Source of the DNA: Ginkgo biloba
Taxonomy: Eukaryota; Plantae; Ginkgophyta
Direction of reading: 5' to 3'
Length of the DNA stretch: 16,983 nt
Assembly: GCA_024626585.2 (NCBI GenBank)
Contig: JANKJI020000004.1
Span: forward strand, 159,012,306 to 159,029,288
In this document: in pieces, positions 10,566 to 16,983 of the stretch
Layout: each line of letters opens with the position of its first letter
How positions within the stretch are numbered: position 1 is the stretch's first letter
The notes under the pieces: model-generated
Told to the model about the DNA's origin: nothing
Databases searched by the model: none
Seen by the model: only the letters and a program-made list of their open reading frames with translations
Translations under genes and position numbers: made by a program

Positions 10566-12530
10566 ATGGCGGATCCTGGTTGTATTCCGGGCTTGATAGG
10601 TGAGGGCATCAACATTTTGATTGAAGAAATTCTGAGAAGCTTGAAGATGGCTATTTACTGCCATCGAGAGCTTCGGTTTCTGGAGGATGTGCTTGTCCAC
10701 ATAACACCTCTTGTTCGTATGGCACTATCTCAATCCCATCCCACAGGAGAACAAGATTTACAAGTGAGAAAATGGTTGCAGAGCCTGCATTTGTTACTTG
10801 AAAATGCCAATGGACTTGTGCAGGGATGCGTGCTTCCAACTTATAATTTGTTCTCGAGATATTCAACCGCCAAGAAGCTCTCTCGAATAAGCAAAAGTAT
10901 CGATAAGCACATCCACCAGGCGGCGGCAATTATGTTGCTTCATCGTATCAGTAAGCCGGGGAATGGATTAGAGGGCATCCAGGGGTCTCATCTGGCACAA
11001 TACGCCACTGCCAGTCGTCATGAGTGTTCAGAGAGGAGGGCACCCTTGATGGACGCCATCCCTAGTAAACTACAGCCATGGTTCGGACCCCATTTCATTG
11101 GGCAGGAGTCGATGTTCAACCAAGTTCAGAGTCTAATAATAGCAGATGCGGAAGAAGACGAAGATTGTTGCATTGGTATAACGGGAATGGGCGGAGCTGG
11201 TAAAACTGCGCTGCTCCAGAATGTGCTCAACAGTCATCCTGTGCAGAACCTCTTCGCACACCACTTAATCATTTGGTTGACAGTGTCTCAAAATCCGTCT
11301 TTCATAAGCCTGCAGCGAATATTAGCCAGGAGTATAGCAAAACAAATTAGGGTGGCTCTAGATGATGACTGGACCGATGAGGAGGTCCAAGAATTTATTT
11401 ATGGAACGATGAAAGAACGGAGATTCTTAGTCATATTGGACGACATCTGGGAGGGAAGTGAAGATTTGGTGGAATTCCTACGCGTGCCACGCAAAAGAGA
11501 TTCAAAAATTGTTTTCACAACTCGAGATCGTCGACTGCTGTCAAGGATGGGAGTGAGGTATAAAGTGAGCATGAAACCCTTGACCCGAGAGGAGGGTTGG
11601 GAATTGTTTAAGATTTTTGCCTTCAGAGGGGATCGTTACATTGTTACTGAAGAATTTGAGGAGATTGCTAAGAAAATTGCAGGTGAGTGCAATGGGCTTC
11701 CACTTGCAATCAAAGTGATCGGGGCGGCCATGGCTGGAGAGCGAGATCCCGAGCAATGGCAGGTAGCATTGGAAAAGCTGCAGAATGCAGATACACTCTA
11801 TCCCCAACAAAAAGAAAGCTTATTTCAACGCTTGAGACTCAGCTACGAAGCCCTCAATTCGACTCTCAAGGCATGCTTTCTTTATTTTGCCGCTTATAAA
11901 GAAGATGCAGTGATCGATGTTGCAGAGATATCCTTCTTATGGAATTATGAAGGGTTTTTCGGAACGATTAGACCCTATGATTTTCTAGGGCCTGGCAGGG
12001 GACTCCTGAATTCTTTAGTAGATCGCTGCTTAATTGATGTAATCTCAGAGGATCGAAAGGGGCAGGTGCGGTCCTGTAAGATGCACGATGTTTTGAGAGA
12101 CCTCGCCCTGAGAATTGCTGGACAAGAGGAAAACTATTTATTCAGAGCAGGCAGAGATCTCTCCCATTTTCCAGTGGAAGATTGTGCAGGACGTCAGAAA
12201 ATCTCACTCCAGGATAACTATATTCCAAGCATTCCTGGGAATTTTAAAGCTGGAAACCTCCGCACACTTCTGTTATCTGGAAACGAAAGACTGTCCAAAA
12301 TTCCAAAGGGATTTATGGCAAAGCTAACTTCCCTTCGAATCCTAGACTTAAGAAGGACATCTATAACTGGCTTGCCGAGGTGTGTGGGGCTTCTGAAGCA
12401 TTTGGTATGCCTGAGACTTTCCGAAACGGCCATTGAGTTTCTGCCAGAGTCTTTGCTGGGTTTGGAAAAGCTCCAAGCGTTGGATTTCTCCAGATCTAAT
12501 CTGAAGAAATTGCCACAGACTGCTGCCTAA
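10566..12530 (+). CDS. NLR disease-resistance protein: RPW8-like N-terminal domain, NB-ARC and first LRRs (654 aa, truncated by a frameshift)
   Basis: P-loop GMGGAGKT (11184-11207), RNBS-A IIWLTVSQ, kinase-2 FLVILDDIW (11424-11450), RNBS-B SKIVFTTRD, RNBS-C LTREEGWELF, GLPLA (11694-11708), RNBS-D CFLYFAAYKED (11874-11906), MHD (12081-12089). LRRs LRTLLLSGN, LRILDLRRT, LVCLRLSET, LQALDFSRS. Confidence 0.95.
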   Translation: MADPGCIPGLIGEGINILIEEILRSLKMAIYCHRELRFLEDVLVHITPLVRMALSQSHPTGEQDLQVRKWLQSLHLLLENANGLVQGCVLPTYNLFSRYSTAKKLSRISKSIDKHIHQAAAIMLLHRISKPGNGLEGIQGSHLAQYATASRHECSERRAPLMDAIPSKLQPWFGPHFIGQESMFNQVQSLIIADAEEDEDCCIGITGMGGAGKTALLQNVLNSHPVQNLFAHHLIIWLTVSQNPSFISLQRILARSIAKQIRVALDDDWTDEEVQEFIYGTMKERRFLVILDDIWEGSEDLVEFLRVPRKRDSKIVFTTRDRRLLSRMGVRYKVSMKPLTREEGWELFKIFAFRGDRYIVTEEFEEIAKKIAGECNGLPLAIKVIGAAMAGERDPEQWQVALEKLQNADTLYPQQKESLFQRLRLSYEALNSTLKACFLYFAAYKEDAVIDVAEISFLWNYEGFFGTIRPYDFLGPGRGLLNSLVDRCLIDVISEDRKGQVRSCKMHDVLRDLALRIAGQEENYLFRAGRDLSHFPVEDCAGRQKISLQDNYIPSIPGNFKAGNLRTLLLSGNERLSKIPKGFMAKLTSLRILDLRRTSITGLPRCVGLLKHLVCLRLSETAIEFLPESLLGLEKLQALDFSRSNLKKLPQTAA

Positions 12531-13363
12531 ATCTTCGATTTATTCCTCTTGGCATCACTGGTTTGGTCTCCTTGCAAGTACTCAATATGGCAGAATGCCG
12601 ACTAGCTTGGGATGTAAAGCTTCGGAATCAGAGAGTATCTGGGAAGGAGGCTCGTTTGAACGATTTACAAACCCTAACCGCACTGAGATGCCTTAAGATT
12701 GAGAATTGGAAAGATTCTTCGATTCCAGTTGGGACAATGAGCAGGTTCTCGCACATGGAGAGACTAGACTTGAACATGTTTAACCTGGGGGCGCTACCAG
12801 AGGATATGGCAGGAATGTCCAGGCTAAGGCAGCTTTGGCTGAGTTGCCAAAGACTGAGCGCGTTGCCGATGTGGATGGTTGGGTTACAAAACCTGGGTGG
12901 TATTGCATTATACAATTGTGGGAGTCTGAGAGATGTCCCTTCTCTGGATGTGCTACGGGGCCTTCGACGTTTGGAAATCCATCGTTGCACTGCGCTGAAG
13001 AAACTTCCGAGGAGTTTCGGACGTTGCGGAGCATTTCCAGCCCTCAAGCTTCTTTGGCTCCGGGATTTGATTGAGTTGGAGGAATTGCCAGCCGTGCAGG
13101 AGGGGTCCATGCCTCGTCTTCAAGTGTTGGGAATCGAACTCTGCGCTCGAGTTAAGAGATTACCAGAAGGAATGGAACAACTGAATGAGCTCAAAGTGCT
13201 GAGCATATTGGGGTCTGATGAACTGTTGAGGAGTACGAGACAAGGCGGACAAGATTGGGAGAGAGCGCTAAGATTTGAGCGAGAAAAGAACGTGAAGATC
13301 TTTAGAGAGAGAAATCTCGATTGGCAGAATGAATTCAAGAATATGAAAATGGGCGACGAGTGA
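12518..13363 (+). CDS. C-terminal LRR portion of the same NLR, in a shifted frame
   Basis: This frame is open from 12500. It reads DCCLNLRFIPLGITGLVSLQVLNMAEC, then LRQLWLSC, LRRLEIHRC, FPALKLLWL, MPRLQVLGI, and ends with TGA at 13361-13363. LRR character begins upstream of the ORF-track start (12563), so it is a continuation rather than a separate gene. Confidence 0.9.
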   Translation, partial: DCCLNLRFIPLGITGLVSLQVLNMAECRLAWDVKLRNQRVSGKEARLNDLQTLTALRCLKIENWKDSSIPVGTMSRFSHMERLDLNMFNLGALPEDMAGMSRLRQLWLSCQRLSALPMWMVGLQNLGGIALYNCGSLRDVPSLDVLRGLRRLEIHRCTALKKLPRSFGRCGAFPALKLLWLRDLIELEELPAVQEGSMPRLQVLGIELCARVKRLPEGMEQLNELKVLSILGSDELLRSTRQGGQDWERALRFEREKNVKIFRERNLDWQNEFKNMKMGDE

Positions 13364-14394
13364 CTTTGATAATTAATTTTTGTCAGAATATTTAGATTAA
13401 TNNNNNNNNNNNNNNNNNNNTTACAAATTAATATTGTGATATCGAAGTCATTAAGTAGTGTGGAAGTGTCATAGGAATGAATTGTTTATAAGTCAGTGTT
13501 CAAATGACACGTGTCAAAAATTATTGTACAAGTTTATTGTCTATAATCGATAGTTATAATTTGTAAATTGTATAAATACAGGTTGAGTTTATGTCCATAT
13601 TTAATGCAGAGTTAACGAATTGATGGTAGATCAATTCTACCTGNNNNNNNNNNNNNNNNNNNNNNNNNNNNNNNNNNNNNNNNNNNNNNNNNNNNNNNNN
13701 NNNNNNNNNNNNNNNNNNNNNNNNNNNNNNNNNNNNNNNNNNNTATATATTATACCTTTTTATTAATGAAATGAAGGACATATATTTTCCTCTAAATATC
13801 ATCTGTCCATTAAGTTGAGTTGATTGCTTTTCTATCACTTTAAGTTATTTTTTCTTTTTTGTTACTTGTTGTCAAATCTAGTTGCATTGTTCCTTTTATT
13901 GCTCACAATTTGTCAATGAGTGGACTAAAGGTTGTGAGTAAGTGAGAAAACACTATGGGTGAGTCGCCTAAAGATTGTCATTAAACATACCAAAGGTTGT
14001 GAGCGAGCGGGCTATGGGCTATTGAAAAATGAGGTAAAGAATTTTAGCAAATGACCTAAAGGGTTCAATGAACACGTTGAAGAGTTTAATGAACGATCAC
14101 GACAGCTGACGAACACCTACTACTAAGCAACAAATGACTATTGTTGTCTGCCTATGCAATCACTATATGTTATCATTTGCATTTTTTTTAACACCAAATG
14201 GCCTACATATAGGTTAGAGAGAGGTCAATGGATGCTTTTGAGAAAGCACCTCTTCATCAAATGACCTTTTCACATGAATTATAGTAATTACTCGTTAATT
14301 AACACTAATAAAGGTTCTTATACTAATTATCTATTTATTTATAATTATTCTATATTAGGATCAAAACACCAATGGTAAAATAATTTATTTCACT

Positions 14395-15152
14395 TGATCT
14401 GTTTGTTAGATCCAACAGGGAAGGGAAAAAAAAAATGTTAGATATCAATGCCTGGGATCAGATGTCAGAGTTTCTTAAATCCCACCAACACTGATAAGAA
14501 GATCTAGGTCGACACCGATGGGGGAGTTGAAAACAAACACTAACAAAAGGTTGAGTTCATCGACACCAACAAGGTTGAGTTCACCGATGATGACAAGGAT
14601 GAGTTCACCAACACTAATGGAGATGTTGAAGACCAACACTGACAAGGTTAAGATAGACACCAACGGGGAAGAGTCTAAAGACTGACACTGACAGACATCC
14701 AAAGTACAGATTGATTATTTAGTTATATGATGATTCAATTGCCTTGAATGGTTATAGATTTGAATCTACATTTGGGAAAAAGGACTAAGGAGAACAGAAT
14801 GGAAGGGAGAGAACAGGGAGAATAATGAAGGAAAGATAGGATTCATTGTGTAAAAATTTGTGAGTTAGATCTCCATACATAAGCATAAACATAGGAATGA
14901 ATCTTTTCTATTGTAATCATTATTACTAATGCAATCTAGAGTTTTATTCCCCATGAAAATTTCTCCAATTTAAAATCTTGACTCTGCATAGAAAGTGATG
15001 TGTGCGAATTTCTTAGTTAAAATTTCTTTGCACTTGAATCTTAATTAGATAAATCACATGCACACTTGGGCATAGAAGTCTTCCACAATGTAACTAGAAA
15101 CCAGTGGTTAAGTCATTAGCAGATTTTGACTCACCCATTGAAAAACAGATCA
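14395..15152 (+). mobile_element. 5' LTR (758 bp) of a Gypsy retrotransposon
   Basis: Perfect 10-bp terminal inverted repeat TGATCTGTTT (14395-14404) / AAACAGATCA (15143-15152), with TG..CA ends. A PBS follows 3 bp later, then gag. Confidence 0.85.
14483..14692 (+). repeat. Degenerate ~24-bp tandem array inside the LTR
   Basis: Units catcgacaccaacaaggttgagtt (14558-14581), caccgatgatgacaaggatgagtt (14582-14605), caccaacactaatggagatgttgaa, gaccaacactgacaaggttaagat, plus more diverged flanking units. Confidence 0.85.
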
Positions 15153-15155
15153 AAG

Positions 15156-15167
15156 TGGTATTAGAGC
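15156..15167 (+). other. Primer-binding site for initiator tRNA-Met
   Basis: TGGTATTAGAGC, one C>T change from the canonical TGGTATCAGAGC, immediately after the LTR end. Confidence 0.85.
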
Positions 15168-15190
15168 ACAAGTTCTTGAGCTTGTGTTGA

Positions 15191-15699
15191 ATGGTGCAAA
15201 GAACTGAGGAGAATGTGGATGAGGCAATGGAAGCCAAGATCCAAGAGTTGGAATCCAATGTGCAAATGGTACTGCAATTGTTGTTGGAAATAAAATAACA
15301 AATAGGCAGAAAGAAAATCGAATCCGAGTTAGAAATCCCAACCAGGGAGCAAGGAAATGATAGCAATTCCAAGAATGAGGAGAAGAAACGCGTTATGGCA
15401 GAGGGAGAATCCCATTCTTCCAAAAGTTCATTCANNNNNNNNNNNNNNNNNNNNNNNNNNAACCTTACGACGGTGAAATGAATCCGGAGAAGTTGAACAG
15501 TTGGCTAAGGCAACTAGAGGTATACTTCAATTATTACAGGTTCATAGACAAGGAGAAAATCTACTTCTTTCGGTTGAAGACGGAAGGTTACGCATTGTTA
15601 TGGTGGGAAGGCCTATGCGAGGAAAGGTCCCTCACAAACTAGAATCCTATGTCAGATTGGGATGACTTCAAGACTGTTATCAATAGCCAATTCTATCCG
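15191..15699 (+). mobile_element. Gypsy gag pseudogene (retrotransposon gag domain, chromovirus-like)
   Basis: MVQRTEENVDEAMEAKIQELE...[gap]...PYDGEMNPEKLNSWLRQLEVYF...KEKIYFFRLKTEGYALLWWE...WDDFKTVINSQFYP, with two in-frame stops. Confidence 0.88.
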
Positions 15700-15800
15700 N
15701 NNNNNNNNNNNNNNNNNNNNNNNNNNNNNNNNNNNNNNNNNNNNNNNNNNNNNNNNNNNNNNNNNNNNNNNNNNNNNNNNNNNNNNNNNNNNNNNNNNNT

Positions 15801-16459
15801 TGAGAGCTACATGAGTCTTTGTTTTGGACCTCCTCTTAATTATCCATATGCACTCCACCATCAACTATTATGCAGTTAGTTGGCTCAATCTTATCATAAA
15901 GATAAGGGGAGCAATTAAAACTATGTTCAATCTCTCCAATTTGACAAGGGTTGGTTGCTTCTCCATTTGTTCTCTTCACCTCTTGAGTTTTCCTTTCCTT
16001 TGCACAAACGGTTGCTTCCATAGCTCTCTGCCTTACAACATTTACAAAATGATCTCTATGTAATTGAAACTGGTCTCACTCTTTTCACAGTTGCGCATAA
16101 TGCTTCCAAGATCTTTGCCTTCTTAATGGCAGCATCATCTAGGATGACCACATGATATTTGCATCCATAAGTTAGAGCCACCATAACAAGGATTATAGTT
16201 GTATTGCTAGCACTATCACTATTCCTTTCCTGACAAGCTCTCCTAATTGTAAATCCTCTTGAATGACTTTTATTTCTACTCTATCCTTAACGCTACCTCT
16301 GGGATTCAAAAACTTTGTCTTTGGGAAGATTTCATAACCAAAAGCCTTGGACAAGTTGTTGATCCTGACGAGAGGCGTATTACTAATGGCACCTACGACA
16401 CCATCCACGACTCCAAACTTACAACATACTCTAATTTCCTTTTGAATCTCATCCAACAC
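15801..16459 (-). pseudogene. Intronless pseudogene fragment of a cysteine synthase-like fold-type II PLP enzyme (N-terminal half)
   Basis: GVVGAISNTPLVRINNLSKAFGYEIFPKTKFLNPRGSVKDRV (PLP lysine codon at 16286-16288); frameshift near 16215; SASNTTIILVMVALTYGCKYHVVILDDAAIKKAKILEALCATVKRVRPVSIT; frameshift near 16058; RDHFVNVVRQRA. From memory this fits the At1g55880 / yeast MCY1-like subfamily. Truncated by the N gap. Confidence 0.88.
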
Positions 16460-16983
16460 TATGCATGACCTCTACTATTCCTTCTCTTCATAGGCATGGC
16501 CAACACTCATAAGTGTTTAACAGAGTGCCTCCCTTGCTCCCCTCGATGTCATGCCTCTCTTGTAGCTCCTTACCATACCCTTGCACCCTTGATGCATGTC
16601 CCTTCATGCATCTGAGATTCTATGTCCCTCCTCGCTATCGTTAATATTCATTGCCATCACTAAATCATTTTTTATATATATAAAAAAAAAAAAAACTTGA
16701 ACCAAACCTTATGAGCAAAACACTCATAGATTGAAATAATCAAAAAATTAAATTAAATTGGCGATGACTATAATTTTTTAAAAATTTTGTGAAGCCCCTT
16801 TTTCGATAAGGAAATGATTTTATGAGGGTCCATAGATCCTCAATGTAGGATCTAGATCTTACTAAGAGTCATTCAACCCAATAAATAATATTTTTCTTTA
16901 TTCTTTTTTCTTTTTTTTATTTTAGTTTTAAATCATCCGTGATCCTGAGCTCTTCATTTTTGTAAATGTAAGCCTCTTTCCTT

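Noticed and set aside
12500-12527. Programmed -1 ribosomal frameshift joining the two NLR ORFs
   Set aside because: No X XXY YYZ slippery heptamer in the overlap, and part of an LRR unit is missing, which fits a deletion better.
10651-13338. Antisense and alternate-frame ORFs overlapping the NLR (for example 12628-13110, 160 aa)
   Set aside because: Shadows of a GC-richer coding sequence, with no recognisable motifs.
13860-14368. Possible minus-strand solo LTR with short repeats (aaaggttgtgag at 13927 and 13992)
   Set aside because: Looks LTR-like, but no matching target-site duplication or clear terminal repeats were found.
14483-14702. CRISPR-like array, or the hydrophobic 75-aa minus-strand ORF at 14475-14702
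   Set aside because: The repeats are contiguous with no unique spacers and lie in a plant LTR. The ORF is a by-product of the repeat.
16668-16695. A14 tract and TA palindrome as the retrocopy's poly(A) tail
   Set aside because: Wrong end and wrong strand for a minus-strand retrocopy; a simple microsatellite.

Overview
AT-rich, gap-riddled plant nuclear DNA, probably gymnosperm (inferred from the TE and NLR style, not proven). It centres on one CpG-rich, intronless NLR immune-receptor locus on the + strand (10566-13363). The locus has an RPW8-like helical N-terminus, an NB-ARC with CNL-type motifs (MHD, CFLYFAAYxED) and an LRR region broken by one frameshift near 12500-12527, where about half an LRR unit appears to be missing. 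A decayed copy of this gene's last ~365 bp lies 12 kb upstream (1076-1398), has lost every CpG, and is fused head-to-head to a LINE ORF2 fragment. The rest is degenerate retroelements: two copies of a LINE ORF2 3' part, a minus-strand Gypsy integrase with a probable 3' LTR, and a plus-strand LTR-PBS-gag unit whose LTR carries an array of apparently deaminated ACCGAC motifs. After a gap, that unit is followed by an antisense, intronless pseudogene fragment of a cysteine-synthase-like PLP enzyme. I cannot show a wholly new system from the sequence alone; the best leads are the hybrid, split NLR and the gene fragments joined to retroelements.
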